Source: Cyclobacteriaceae bacterium
GTDB taxonomy: Bacteria > Bacteroidota > Bacteroidia > Cytophagales > Cyclobacteriaceae
Length of the DNA: 64,000 nt
Direction of reading: 5' to 3'
Assembly (NCBI GenBank): GCA_043744235.1
Contig: JAYTVB010000046.1
Location: 41,026 to 105,025, forward strand
Notes under the pieces: generated by a model
Databases searched by the model: none
Told to the model about the DNA's origin: nothing
Seen by the model: the letters and a program-made list of their open reading frames with translations, nothing else
Position numbers and translations under genes: made by a program
Shown here: positions 53,986 through 64,000 of the stretch, piece after piece
How positions within the stretch are numbered: position 1 is the stretch's first letter
Layout of the letters: each line of letters starts with the position of its first letter

Positions 53986-56900
53986 ATGAATCTAGGAAAT
54001 CATAAGGTACTGACCATTTTTCTTTCGCTGGTGTTTTGTCTGGGATCAACCTCGGCATTTTCATTTGTTTACTATAGTCGGGTCAACGGAGGCAACTGGT
54101 CAAGTCCTGCGACCTGGTCCACCGATGCGGTACTTCAGTGTACCGGAGCGGCTGCTGGCACCATACCAGGACCCACCGACGATGTGTTCATTTGTTCCGG
54201 ATTCACCGTCATTTTTGATACAGGTGTCGGACCGCAGACCATCTCAAACCTTACCGTACGGGGAACCTTGACGATTACAGACAACAAGAACCTTGTTTGC
54301 AACTCGTTGGCGCTCTACGGAACTATTGGGGGAGCCGGCACCAAGGATCTTCAAATTGGCAATACGGCAGGGTCAACTTTGAGCGGTACCGGGTTCTTCA
54401 GGATGACCAATGCCAATTTAACATTGCTTTCAGCGGTAACGATCCCTAATACCACAGATTACATTACCCTCGATAATACAGGGAAAATTGACCTGAGCGG
54501 AAACACGCTGACGAACCTTGGACGGCTGGATATCCTTGACCCATCGGACATCATTGGCGTAGGGCTGGCCAACTTTGTAAACGGGGGCCCTTCAGCCTAT
54601 TTGAAGTACACAACACTCAATGATTTCCCGAATCTGTTAACAGCAACTGCTGTTGGAAACACAGTTGAATTTGGCAATACTGCAGGCGGTCCATGGATCA
54701 TTGGCGATGCAGCGAATTACCACCACCTTATTATCTCTGGCACAGCCGTAAAGAATCTTGGCGTCGCCATTAATATCGCTGGTAACCTGACCATCAACAA
54801 CGGGGCCACCCTAAATTCCAATACTAATAATATAACCATCGGTGGCAATTGGGTTAATAATTTGGGCGGTTCCTTTACTGAAGGAACGCGTACGGTAACA
54901 TTCAACGGAAGCGCCAACAATCAAACCATCTCCCCACCAGCCGGTGCATTGGGTGAAACTTTTTACAACCTGGTCATCAATAACACATTTGCCGGTGGAA
55001 TTGTCACAGCAGCAGGGAACATTACCATTACGGCTGCCCAGACTCTTACAATGACAGCCGGTATTTTCGATATGGGTACGAATACTCTGGGAGAAACTGC
55101 TGCTGGCGCCAACTACACCGCCACCGGAGGCGAACTGCGGCTGGCCAAACTAACAACATTGCCTGAATTGACAGGAGCCTATACTTTGTCGGGGGGCACT
55201 ACTACTTTCAACGGTGCTGGCGCCCAAACCATCAGGGGTGGTAAAACCTACTTCAGTGTAGGCGTTAATTCCTCCGGAGGGTCAGGGACCAAAACACTGG
55301 GTGGGGCTATTACTATATCTGGAGACCTTACTATAGGATCGGGTTCACTGGATGTCAGCGCATCCAATTTTGGGATCACAGTAAACGGGAACTGGACCAA
55401 CAGCGGAACGTTTGTTCCACGCACGGGTACAGTAACACTCAACGGATCGGCCACACAAACCATTACCAATGCTGCGACAGAGACTTTCTATGGCCTGACC
55501 AGCAATGCTACGGGACCCTTTACGCTAGGCGCGAACACCGATGTGATCGTCACGAACACATTGACGATGACTACAGGTAATATTAATCTGAACGGAAGGA
55601 CACTTACCCTTGGCAATGGTGCTGTTGCAACACTCGTAAGAGCATCCGGTGCCATGTATGGCGGCACCTTCAGGCGATTCCTGGCTTCCGGAACAGCCCT
55701 GAGCAGCACTGTCGCGCCATTGTACGGCTTGTTTCCGATGGGGATTTCAACGGCATACCGTCCCATTGAACTGAACAGCACAGCAAACCCAACGGCGCCT
55801 GGATATATTTCAGCTACCCATACGGACGCAGCCACGAAGACCGACCTAAGTCCAACCTATTCTGATGCAGGTACCATAATGACCCGGATTCATGATATGA
55901 AGAGTGCGCTCGCCGCTTCAGGAGGGTTTGCCGGGGGAACGTACAACATCAATGTAACCATGACTGCGTTTGTCAATTCAGGGGCTACAACCGATGAGAG
56001 GCTGTTGATCTTTACCGGTGGAACAACAGCGAGTGCTGTTGGCGCCCACCTGGCAACAGGTGGAACTGTTACTTCTCCCGTTGGAAAACGCACCGGGCTT
56101 AGTGATGTGAATCTCACCAACACATTTGTCATTGGCACAAGCAACGCTGTCGCCACACCTCTTGGGCCTGACAATTTCTACTCAAGGGTAACAGGTAACT
56201 GGAATACAGCAGCAACCTGGTCTCAGGATGCTGTTCTGCAGTGCGCGGGTGCAGCCTCCACCATCGTACCGAGATCAACGGATAATGTCATCATTTGCAG
56301 CGGCATAACGGTGACATACAATACGGTCGCCACCACAACGGTTAAGGACTTAACCGTGCAAAGTGGTGGAATTCTGACAGTAACCGCCTCGCAGACACTG
56401 AAATGCAATTCGCTGGTTCTGAATGGACTTATCAACGGCGGTGGCAACAATGATGTGCAGATTGGGAATGCAGCAGGATCAACACTTAGCGGCGGCTCAG
56501 CGGTTGCTCCTAATGGATTTTTCCGGAAGACAAGCGGCAACCTCACCCTTTTGTCTAACGTGACCGTCCCGAATGCTGCAGACTACATCACATTTGACAA
56601 TGCTTCAAGCCTGAACCTGAATGGGTTCACGCTAACCAACAATGGCAGAATAGATGTATTGGAGCCTTCCGGCTTCAGTGTGGGTGGCGCATCCTCATTT
56701 GTTAATAATGGATACCTGAAATACACAAGGGCAGTTAATTTCCCCAACAACATATTGGTAGCGACCGCAACCGGCAATACGGTAGAGTATGGGCACACCA
56801 ATGCTCTTAGCAACACTGGAACCTATTATAACCTGATTTTCAATAATAATGGGAATACCTATACGCTCGTGACGAATCCCACCAACATCCTTGGCAACCT

Positions 56901-58776
56901 GACTATTGCTAATGGAACGACATTGGCGGCAGGTACCAGGGACATCAATATTGCCGGCAATTGGATCAATAACCTTGGGGGTACGTTTACGCCAGGCACC
57001 CGGATGGTGACCTTTAATGGATCGGCGAATAACCAAACCATATTGACGCCGGCCGGAGGACAGGCATTTGCTGACCTTACTATTAACAACACCTTTACTA
57101 ACGGCACAGTTACTCCCAATGGCCAGGTTTCGATAAACAATGGCAGGACGCTCACAATGACTTCAGGGATTTTTAATATGGGCACCAACATTCTAACCCA
57201 GACCAGCGGAACCGCCAACCTGACTGCAACTGGTGGTGACTTGCGCCTCTCGGAATTGGGCACCACGTTGCCGCGGTTTACAGGAACTTACAGCATAACT
57301 GGCGGTACGATAACCTTTAATGGTGCAGGAAATCAGACCATCAGAAGCCTAAACGCCACTCCATCCGCATATTATAATATTGTCCTTGATGGTTCCGGAA
57401 ATAAAACCCTTGCGGGGAATATTCAGGTTCAGGGAAACTGGACTAACACTGGTGTGACATTGGTGCCAGGGACCAACACAGTGACATTCAATGGAACCGG
57501 TCTGCAAACCATCACTGCTCCAGCTGAAACATTTTATAACCTCACGACCAATACAACGGGACCCCTTACGCAGAGTCTGACCACAGATGTTATTGTTACA
57601 AACCAGCTGACCCTTACGTCAGGACTCATCAACATCAATGGCAGAACCCTGACATTGGGCAGCAGTGGTGTGGCTTCAACCCTGTCCCGTACCGCCAGCG
57701 CTACTACCAACTGGATGTATGGTGGTACCTTTAAACGTTTCTGGCTGACAGCAACGGCCATTTCCAGTACGGTTGCACCACTTTACGGATTGTTTCCCAT
57801 GGGGCCTTCAAGCGGTTCAAACTACAGGCCCGTCGAAATCAACACCACCGTAAGTCCTACGGGAGGGGGGTTCTTTACAGTGGAGCATATTGATGCCACC
57901 AACATCGTCACCTTAAGTCCTGTGTATAATGATGCCGGAACCAATATCCTGGCAGTTCAGAAGGCGCAGTTTTTGACTGCGATTTCGGGTGTCACGGGCG
58001 GGACCTACAACATAAACGTGACCATGACCAACCTGGCCCCTGGAACCCTTAGCGATATCCGCCTCGCAGTCTTCACCGGAGGTACAACGGCCAGCGCGGT
58101 AGGTACACATGCAGCGGCAACCGGCACAGCACAAAACCCTACGGCGAAACGCACAGGAATTACGACCCTGACTAATCTGAATAATGATTTCAGAATAGCC
58201 ACCATCAACATCGGTGCAACCCCACTGCCAATTGAACTGGTCCGATTTGCAGCTGAATACCGTTCAGGAAAGGTGACCCTTGTCTGGGAGACCGAATCAG
58301 AGACCAACAATGATTACTTTGTTGTTGAGAAAACGTTTTCGGGTGAAAGCTTTTCAGATGTGGCACAAATTAAGGGAGCGGGCACAATCGCCCTGTCACG
58401 GACTTACACTGCTGTTGACTCTGCACCGGTTCCGGGCAAGTGGTATTATCGCCTGAAGCAAGTGGATTATGATGGAAATTTCACCTATTCAAAATTGGTG
58501 GACGTAGCTGTTCCGGAGGGCCTTGGCTGGAACATTTATCCCAACCCTTCCAGTGGTTCTGAATTTTCCATCGGCTTTGGACCCAATGACATTGGGAAGG
58601 ATGCTTACATCAAAGTGCAGGATCTTGGCGGGAAGGACATGTTTCAGGTCAAAGCGCTGAATCTGAATTCTACACAGGTTAAGGTCGTGCTACCGCAGAC
58701 TCTGTCGCCAGGACTTTATATTGTATCCATAGCTGTTGAGCAGCAGATCGTCAGGCAAAAACTGATCGTTCGTTAA
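53986..58776 (+). CDS. large repetitive surface protein with T9SS C-terminal sorting domain
   Basis: About 1596 aa from ATG 53986 with a signal peptide. Two ~700-aa homologous modules. Penultimate beta-sandwich domain (IELVRFAAEY...YYRLKQVDYDGNFTYS). CTD NIYPNPSSGSEFSI...KLIVR. Confidence 0.85.
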   Translation: MNLGNHKVLTIFLSLVFCLGSTSAFSFVYYSRVNGGNWSSPATWSTDAVLQCTGAAAGTIPGPTDDVFICSGFTVIFDTGVGPQTISNLTVRGTLTITDNKNLVCNSLALYGTIGGAGTKDLQIGNTAGSTLSGTGFFRMTNANLTLLSAVTIPNTTDYITLDNTGKIDLSGNTLTNLGRLDILDPSDIIGVGLANFVNGGPSAYLKYTTLNDFPNLLTATAVGNTVEFGNTAGGPWIIGDAANYHHLIISGTAVKNLGVAINIAGNLTINNGATLNSNTNNITIGGNWVNNLGGSFTEGTRTVTFNGSANNQTISPPAGALGETFYNLVINNTFAGGIVTAAGNITITAAQTLTMTAGIFDMGTNTLGETAAGANYTATGGELRLAKLTTLPELTGAYTLSGGTTTFNGAGAQTIRGGKTYFSVGVNSSGGSGTKTLGGAITISGDLTIGSGSLDVSASNFGITVNGNWTNSGTFVPRTGTVTLNGSATQTITNAATETFYGLTSNATGPFTLGANTDVIVTNTLTMTTGNINLNGRTLTLGNGAVATLVRASGAMYGGTFRRFLASGTALSSTVAPLYGLFPMGISTAYRPIELNSTANPTAPGYISATHTDAATKTDLSPTYSDAGTIMTRIHDMKSALAASGGFAGGTYNINVTMTAFVNSGATTDERLLIFTGGTTASAVGAHLATGGTVTSPVGKRTGLSDVNLTNTFVIGTSNAVATPLGPDNFYSRVTGNWNTAATWSQDAVLQCAGAASTIVPRSTDNVIICSGITVTYNTVATTTVKDLTVQSGGILTVTASQTLKCNSLVLNGLINGGGNNDVQIGNAAGSTLSGGSAVAPNGFFRKTSGNLTLLSNVTVPNAADYITFDNASSLNLNGFTLTNNGRIDVLEPSGFSVGGASSFVNNGYLKYTRAVNFPNNILVATATGNTVEYGHTNALSNTGTYYNLIFNNNGNTYTLVTNPTNILGNLTIANGTTLAAGTRDINIAGNWINNLGGTFTPGTRMVTFNGSANNQTILTPAGGQAFADLTINNTFTNGTVTPNGQVSINNGRTLTMTSGIFNMGTNILTQTSGTANLTATGGDLRLSELGTTLPRFTGTYSITGGTITFNGAGNQTIRSLNATPSAYYNIVLDGSGNKTLAGNIQVQGNWTNTGVTLVPGTNTVTFNGTGLQTITAPAETFYNLTTNTTGPLTQSLTTDVIVTNQLTLTSGLININGRTLTLGSSGVASTLSRTASATTNWMYGGTFKRFWLTATAISSTVAPLYGLFPMGPSSGSNYRPVEINTTVSPTGGGFFTVEHIDATNIVTLSPVYNDAGTNILAVQKAQFLTAISGVTGGTYNINVTMTNLAPGTLSDIRLAVFTGGTTASAVGTHAAATGTAQNPTAKRTGITTLTNLNNDFRIATINIGATPLPIELVRFAAEYRSGKVTLVWETESETNNDYFVVEKTFSGESFSDVAQIKGAGTIALSRTYTAVDSAPVPGKWYYRLKQVDYDGNFTYSKLVDVAVPEGLGWNIYPNPSSGSEFSIGFGPNDIGKDAYIKVQDLGGKDMFQVKALNLNSTQVKVVLPQTLSPGLYIVSIAVEQQIVRQKLIVR

Positions 58777-58791
58777 GCTGGGGTTGACAAC

Positions 58792-58833
58792 TAAAAAGAA
58801 AGGCTTCGATGTTTTCGAAGACTTTCTTTTTTT
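58792..58833. terminator. bidirectional terminator between the T9SS protein gene and purF
   Basis: A-tract, imperfect stem GAAAGGCTTCGA / TCGAAGACTTTC, then a T-tract. Confidence 0.6.
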
Positions 58834-58848
58834 GGCGGATAGTGGGGA

Positions 58849-60732
58849 TCAGTAGGCCCTGACCAGCCGCCCTTCCATGTAATTGACATAGGATTTATTG
58901 GCCACCCGCATCCCCCCGGGGGTCGGATAATTCCCTGTGAAGTACCAGTCGCCTGAGTGCAATGGGATGGATTTGTGAAGACCCTCCACGGTTTGAAACA
59001 CCACCTTCAGCTCCGCCTTCATGTCGGCAGGCTTCACGATGTCTGCGATCTTGTCGGATATTTCTTCGTAGGTAAATTGTTCGTAGAGTTTCTTGACGTG
59101 GTTGACAGGACTTTCATCCATGATTGACCGCTGGCAGAGTTCATACACTTCTCCCAGCAGGTAATCCTTGCCTTGCTCTTTCAGCAATTCAATTACAGCG
59201 CGGAACGCCACAAAATCGCCCATGCGACTCATGTCGATGCCATAACAATCCGGGAAGCGAATCTGAGGTGCAGAGGAAATGACGACGATCTTTTTGGGTC
59301 CAAGCCGGTCAAGCATTTTCAGGATGCTTTTCTCAAGGGTTGTTCCGCGAACGATCGAGTCGTCAATGACCACCAGGGTATCCTTGTCGCGGTTCACGAC
59401 CTCGTAGGTAGTATCGTACACATGGGCCACCAGCTCGTCGCGGTAATCATCATTGGTAATGAAGGTCCGCAGTTTGGCGTCCTTGATTACAATCTTTTCA
59501 ATGCGGGGCCGGAAGGAGAGGATGTCCTCCAGTGAGTCGATGGACGGCTTCCCATCAATGATCACATCAGTCTGGCGTCGGATCAGGTAATTCTCCACTT
59601 CAGCCATCATGCCGTAGAAAGCGGTTTCGGCCGTGTTGGGAATATAGGAGAAAACGGTATTTTTTAAATCAAAGTTGATGGCTTTCAATACCTGGGGCAC
59701 TACCAGTTTGCCCAGCATTTTGCGTTCACGGTAGATGTCAGGATCATTGCCCCGGGAGAAATAGATCCTTTCGAAACTGCAGGATTTTTTCTCACCAGCA
59801 GGAACAACGGGGTGTTGAGCATAGTCGCCGCTCTTGGTGATGATCAGCGCATGGCCAGGCTTGATTTCTTCGATCTGGTCGTATTCAATATTGAAAGCAG
59901 TCTTAATGGCCGGCTTTTCGGATGCCACGACCACTACCTCCTCATCTGCATAAAAATAGGCTGGACGTATTCCGTTGGGATCACGAACGACAAATGCCGA
60001 ACCTGAGCCGATCATGCCAGCCATCGTGTAGCCGCCGTCAAAATCCTTGCATGCCCGCTTCAGCATGCGGGCCAGGTCAATTTCGTTTTCAATGATGTCA
60101 GAGATTTCCTTGTTGGAGAACTGGTCTTTGTATTTCTCGAACTGGAATTTTACTTCCTCATCGAGGAAGTGACCAATTTTTTCCATGACCGTAACCGTGT
60201 CGACTTTTTCCTTGGGATGCTGCCCCAGGTTGACCAGGATGTCGAACAGCTCATCCACGTTGGTCATGTTGAAGTTGCCGGCCATCACCAGGTTGCGGCT
60301 CCGCCAGTTATTTTGGCGCAGAAAGGGGTGGACGTTTTCTATGCTGTTGAAGCCGTGGGTACCGTACCGGAGGTGGCCCAGCCACAACTCGCCGGTAAAA
60401 GAGACATTTCGTTTGAGCCACTGCTCATCGCGGAACTTGTCTTTTCCCTGTTTTTGGGCTTTATCGTACTTCCTGCCTATTTTCTTGAAGAGGCTTGCCA
60501 CGGGCTGGCTTTTCATCGAACGGTACCGGCTGATATACCGGAAGCCTGGTTCCTGGTCAATTTTAATGTTGGCGATCCCGGCACCGTCCTGACCCCGGTT
60601 GTGCTGTTTTTCCATCAGGATGTACATCTTGTTCATCCCATAGGTAGGCCCGTATTTCTCGATGTAGTAGGAAAGGGGCTTGCGCAACCTTACCAACGCT
60701 ATACCGCACTCATGGAGAATGGAGTCGCTCAT
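58849..60732 (-). CDS. purF: amidophosphoribosyltransferase (long form)
   Basis: 627 aa. Ntn-type N-terminus MSDSILHECGI and PRTase motif LVVIDDSIVRGTT. Confidence 0.9.
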   Translation of the reverse strand: MSDSILHECGIALVRLRKPLSYYIEKYGPTYGMNKMYILMEKQHNRGQDGAGIANIKIDQEPGFRYISRYRSMKSQPVASLFKKIGRKYDKAQKQGKDKFRDEQWLKRNVSFTGELWLGHLRYGTHGFNSIENVHPFLRQNNWRSRNLVMAGNFNMTNVDELFDILVNLGQHPKEKVDTVTVMEKIGHFLDEEVKFQFEKYKDQFSNKEISDIIENEIDLARMLKRACKDFDGGYTMAGMIGSGSAFVVRDPNGIRPAYFYADEEVVVVASEKPAIKTAFNIEYDQIEEIKPGHALIITKSGDYAQHPVVPAGEKKSCSFERIYFSRGNDPDIYRERKMLGKLVVPQVLKAINFDLKNTVFSYIPNTAETAFYGMMAEVENYLIRRQTDVIIDGKPSIDSLEDILSFRPRIEKIVIKDAKLRTFITNDDYRDELVAHVYDTTYEVVNRDKDTLVVIDDSIVRGTTLEKSILKMLDRLGPKKIVVISSAPQIRFPDCYGIDMSRMGDFVAFRAVIELLKEQGKDYLLGEVYELCQRSIMDESPVNHVKKLYEQFTYEEISDKIADIVKPADMKAELKVVFQTVEGLHKSIPLHSGDWYFTGNYPTPGGMRVANKSYVNYMEGRLVRAY

Positions 60733-60854
60733 CAGATCTAAAACCTAAAGTTACTGCTATTCAGCCAACCGGTCAAAGATTGAAATGGAACAAATTGAAG
60801 GGCTGGAAATACGGCCGAAAGGGACGGAGAATCTGACCAGGCGAGGGAGGGGAA

Positions 60855-62894
60855 TCAGGCTTTGGGAACAGTGAAGTAGAAAGTGGATCCCTTTCCCCAT
60901 TCGCTTTCAAGCCAGATTCGGCCTCCGTTCTTCTCCACAAACTCTTTGCAAAGGATCAGGCCAAGTCCAGTGCCTTTTTCATTGGCCGTGCCCCGGGTGC
61001 TGTAGCTGGAGGTCTTTTCGAAGAGCAGTTCCTGGGCCTCTGGTTTGATGCCCATGCCATTGTCAGTCACCGATACAGTGATGTCCTTGCCATTCTCGGC
61101 CGCTTTAACACTGATCGTTCCGCCTGATTCAGTAAACTTCAGGCTGTTAAGAATCAGGTTGCGAAGCACGAGGGTCATGATGTTGGGGTCTCCGAATCCG
61201 GCCACCGATTCCGGGATGTTGTTTTCCATGTGGATGTTCTTGGGATAAAGGCCGCGCAGGGCCTCGAAACTTTCTTCCACCTTTGGACGGAGGTAAACCT
61301 TTTCAGGCTGAATGCTGAGTTTCTCCATCTGCAGCAGGGTCCAGTCCAGCAGATTATTGATGAGTGTCCGGGTGTGGTTGAATTGAACCCTCAGGGTTTT
61401 GGTGAGGTTTGAGAACTCCTCGGGTGTGATGTGGTTCTTCTCAAGCAGGTCCAGCGTGCCGGATAGTGCATTCATCGGTGAGCGCAGGTCGTGTGAAATA
61501 ATGGAAAAGAATTTGTCCTTTACCTGGTTAAGCTGTTCCAGCTCGATGCTCCTTCTCTTGATCTCCTCCTGGTGTTCAAGCAGCAATTGGTTGATTCGTT
61601 TGCGACGGCTGCCGCTTCGGTACACGGTATACAATAAGAAAATGGCAAGGGCCACCACAATGACCAGGATGTTACTCACCAGTTCCTGCCGGCGCATTTC
61701 TGAATCTTGCTGCTGCCTCAACTGGAGAAGGTTGGCAATCTCGGTGTCCTTGTTTTCAGTCTCAAAGCGCAACTGGTTTTGCACCAGCTTTTCCATGGTG
61801 GCCTTGTTGAACAGACTGTCCTTCAGTGCGTCATGTTGCTTGTGATAGAACAAGGCATTCCTGTAGTCATTTTTGATTTCGGCAAGCGTTGCCAGCTCCT
61901 GGTAGCAAGTCAGCGCCAAGTTACGGGCATTCAATGCTTTCGAAACCTCCAGGCTTTTCATGTACAGTTTCAGGGCCGCATCGTAGTTTCCGGAGCGTGA
62001 CATCACGATACCTACCCCCAGGTCACATTCGGCAAGCCCGAACCTGTTATTGATGCTGGTTTGCCTCTCCCGAACAGAGTCGTAGTACAACAGCGCTTTG
62101 GCATAGTCCTTCTTGTCCAGGTACAGGTTGGCGAGATGCGATTGGGCACCGGCGATCAGAACCCTGATTTTTAATCGCCTGGCCTCTCCAAGCCCGGTCA
62201 GCAGGTTTTTTTCTGACAAGTCGAACGATCCCTTTTTTCTATACAATTCACCCATTTCATCATGGTTGTATGCGGGTCCTTCGGTGTCATGGATCTTTTC
62301 ACTGAGTTTGGAGGCGGCCTCCAGGTGGCTCAGGGAAATGTCATATTGACCCAAAGCGGTAAACACCGTGCCGATATTGTGCAGGGCGATGGCCATGATT
62401 AGTGAATCCTGTGATGAAGGCACTTTCTTATTGTGCCGCTTCGCCAGCTGGTAGCTTTGTGTCAGGTAGAAATAGGCTTCCTTGTATTCTCCAAGATCGC
62501 GGTAGTCCGCTCCAACATCGTTGATTGCCCTGAACAATTGTGTGCTGTCACTATTCTGAGAAAACAGTTTTACACTCATCAGGTCGTAGCTTAAGGCCTC
62601 ATCGTAATCCCCTTCCATGGTTTCCAGGAAGGCCAGCCGAAAATACATTTCCCCTCTTGCCCAGTCGGCGTCAATCTTCTCCGACAATTCCCTGGCGTCA
62701 TCCATGTATCGGCGCGACTTTGTGTAATCGTAGAATTCCGCTTCTTTGGACAGGTTGAGCAGGATGCGAAACCGGACGGAATCATTTTTTTCCGACGCGA
62801 GGATTTTTTCCAGGCTGTCAAGCGTATGCTGACCCTTCAGCGAAATAGCCACAGTCAAAAGAAATACGATATAGCTGCCAACTTTCGAGATCAT
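60855..62894 (-). CDS. TPR-repeat sensor histidine kinase
   Basis: N-terminal TPR-like repeats and one TM helix. H-box FFSIISHDLRSPMNAL, N box LILNSLKFT, G boxes DNGMGI and GTGLGL. ATG 62894 is preferred. Confidence 0.85.
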   Translation of the reverse strand: MISKVGSYIVFLLTVAISLKGQHTLDSLEKILASEKNDSVRFRILLNLSKEAEFYDYTKSRRYMDDARELSEKIDADWARGEMYFRLAFLETMEGDYDEALSYDLMSVKLFSQNSDSTQLFRAINDVGADYRDLGEYKEAYFYLTQSYQLAKRHNKKVPSSQDSLIMAIALHNIGTVFTALGQYDISLSHLEAASKLSEKIHDTEGPAYNHDEMGELYRKKGSFDLSEKNLLTGLGEARRLKIRVLIAGAQSHLANLYLDKKDYAKALLYYDSVRERQTSINNRFGLAECDLGVGIVMSRSGNYDAALKLYMKSLEVSKALNARNLALTCYQELATLAEIKNDYRNALFYHKQHDALKDSLFNKATMEKLVQNQLRFETENKDTEIANLLQLRQQQDSEMRRQELVSNILVIVVALAIFLLYTVYRSGSRRKRINQLLLEHQEEIKRRSIELEQLNQVKDKFFSIISHDLRSPMNALSGTLDLLEKNHITPEEFSNLTKTLRVQFNHTRTLINNLLDWTLLQMEKLSIQPEKVYLRPKVEESFEALRGLYPKNIHMENNIPESVAGFGDPNIMTLVLRNLILNSLKFTESGGTISVKAAENGKDITVSVTDNGMGIKPEAQELLFEKTSSYSTRGTANEKGTGLGLILCKEFVEKNGGRIWLESEWGKGSTFYFTVPKA

Positions 62895-63003
62895 GCCAAA
62901 TCTAAACCCAGAACAAGTTAGTCGTTCTGAGGGTACAAAGGTCAATATTAAAAGTTGTCAAAATCTTCAAAAGGGCTCAAAATCCTACATGGATACGGGA
63001 TAT

Positions 63004-63819
63004 TTAGTTCCAAAGGGGGTGTTTTTCAAGGTGAACGGCCTTGCTGAAGAACAGCTTGGTAGAAGCTTCAAACGAATCGGTGAAGTCAGAAACGAGGAAG
63101 TGATCCTGACCGCCTGCCTGGTCATTGAAAAGGTTTTGTTCAGACAAATAGTCAAAAAGGGCCTTCGCCACAATTTCGGATGAATCCAGCACGGCCATGT
63201 GACCCAGGTAGAATTCCAGAATCTCCTTTTTGACGAGGGGGTAGTGGGTGCACCCGAGGATCAGGGCCTGGATGTTTCCGAGCGCCGGATCACGCAGGTA
63301 TTCCTCTATGATCTCCCGGCTGATCTTGTTGTTGAAGAAACCTTCTTCAATCATGGGAACCAGTAGCGGCGTCGCGAGGGAATGCAGGAGAATGTTCCGG
63401 TTGGAGGCCTCAATCTTTCTCGCGTAAATACCCGACTGTATAGTGCGTTTGGTCCCAATGAGCCCGACCGTGCAGGATTGAAAATTTTCAATGACCCAGT
63501 TGACCATGGGATCGATGACATTAATCACTTTGACAGAATGCTGCACATATTCCTTGAGCAACTCATAGGCGGCCGAGCTGGCGGAGTTGCAGGCAATGAC
63601 AATGACTTTGCAGTTCTTCTTCAGCAGGACGTCAGCAATCTTTATCGAATATGCCTGGATGGCCGCTTCGGATTTATCTCCGTACGGCAGGTGAGCCGTG
63701 TCTCCAAAATAGATCAGGTTCTCCTCCGGCATCATGCTTTTGATGGCATGAGCCACAGTAAGGCCCCCAATGCCGCTGTCGAAGATGCCGATGGGTTGTT
63801 CCCTGCTTACCTGCGCCAT
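63004..63819 (-). CDS. murI: glutamate racemase
   Basis: 271 aa. GIFDSGIGGLTV, IACNSASS and LGCTHYP motifs. Confidence 0.95.
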   Translation of the reverse strand: MAQVSREQPIGIFDSGIGGLTVAHAIKSMMPEENLIYFGDTAHLPYGDKSEAAIQAYSIKIADVLLKKNCKVIVIACNSASSAAYELLKEYVQHSVKVINVIDPMVNWVIENFQSCTVGLIGTKRTIQSGIYARKIEASNRNILLHSLATPLLVPMIEEGFFNNKISREIIEEYLRDPALGNIQALILGCTHYPLVKKEILEFYLGHMAVLDSSEIVAKALFDYLSEQNLFNDQAGGQDHFLVSDFTDSFEASTKLFFSKAVHLEKHPLWN

Positions 63820-63903
63820 TTTTGCTTAAATAGGGTACTCAAATGATGGCAACTGCTAAAGTTGATTTTCGTAATATTGTGACCAAACTTAATCTGTAAT
63901 TCT

Positions 63904-64000
63904 ATGGCATACAACCTTCTTCGCGGCAAACGCGGTATCATCTTCGGAGCCCTGGACGAAAACTCCATTGCATGGAAAACGGCACTCAGGGTAAAAGAGG
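63904..64000 (+). CDS. fabI: enoyl-ACP reductase FabI, 5' fragment running off the window
   Basis: MAYNLLRGKRGIIFGALDENSIAWKTALRVKE matches the FabI N-terminal Rossmann region. It is truncated by the window end. Confidence 0.6.
   Translation, partial: MAYNLLRGKRGIIFGALDENSIAWKTALRVKE

Overview
The window is a dense chromosomal segment that looks like a Bacteroidota genome. Supporting signs are a T9SS-type C-terminal sorting domain, a DAHP synthase with a C-terminal chorismate mutase, a long-form PurF, and TTG/GTG starts without obvious Shine-Dalgarno motifs. I found no rRNA, CRISPR array, transposase, integrase or prophage genes.

Contents in order:
- A Cys/Met PLP enzyme and a secreted unknown protein.
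- A Crp/Fnr regulator followed by a cluster of nine small Cys-motif genes: an SQR-like flavoprotein, TusE/DsrC, DsrE-like, HMA, a CxxxxC membrane peptide, DUF2892, rhodanese, OsmC-like and thioredoxin. The cluster is split into three units, and each unit is preceded by TGTGA-N6-TCACA palindromes.
- A beta-barrel-like protein, a SAM methyltransferase, a small lipoprotein and an S8 peptidase.
- tRNA-Leu(CAG), tRNA-Leu(GAG), TonB, then a repeat-rich non-coding stretch around tRNA-Thr(CGT).
- An Rrf2 regulator with a 1-Cys peroxiredoxin.
- ilvEDBNC preceded by a Val/Leu/Ile-rich leader peptide and terminator, then OsmC, then leuCDBA followed by a SET-domain gene.
- pheA, an aminotransferase, tyrA and DAHPS/CM, preceded by a Phe/Tyr-rich leader peptide and terminator.
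- A thioester alpha-2-macroglobulin and pbpC, separated by a eukaryote-like sphingolipid Delta4-desaturase homolog and a SnoaL-like gene.
- Two SPOR+OmpA paralogs, CBS, pyrB and pyrR.
- An EVE-domain gene translationally coupled to two paralogous secreted unknowns.
- A GT9 glycosyltransferase, a 1.6k-aa internally duplicated T9SS surface protein, purF, a TPR histidine kinase, murI and the start of fabI.

The best candidate for an undescribed system is the Crp-box-marked thiol/sulfur relay island at 3.7-8.9 kb. The secondary candidates are the EVE-led three-gene operon, the DEGS-like desaturase inside the A2M-PbpC module, and the phased repeat arrays at 14.4-15.3 kb.
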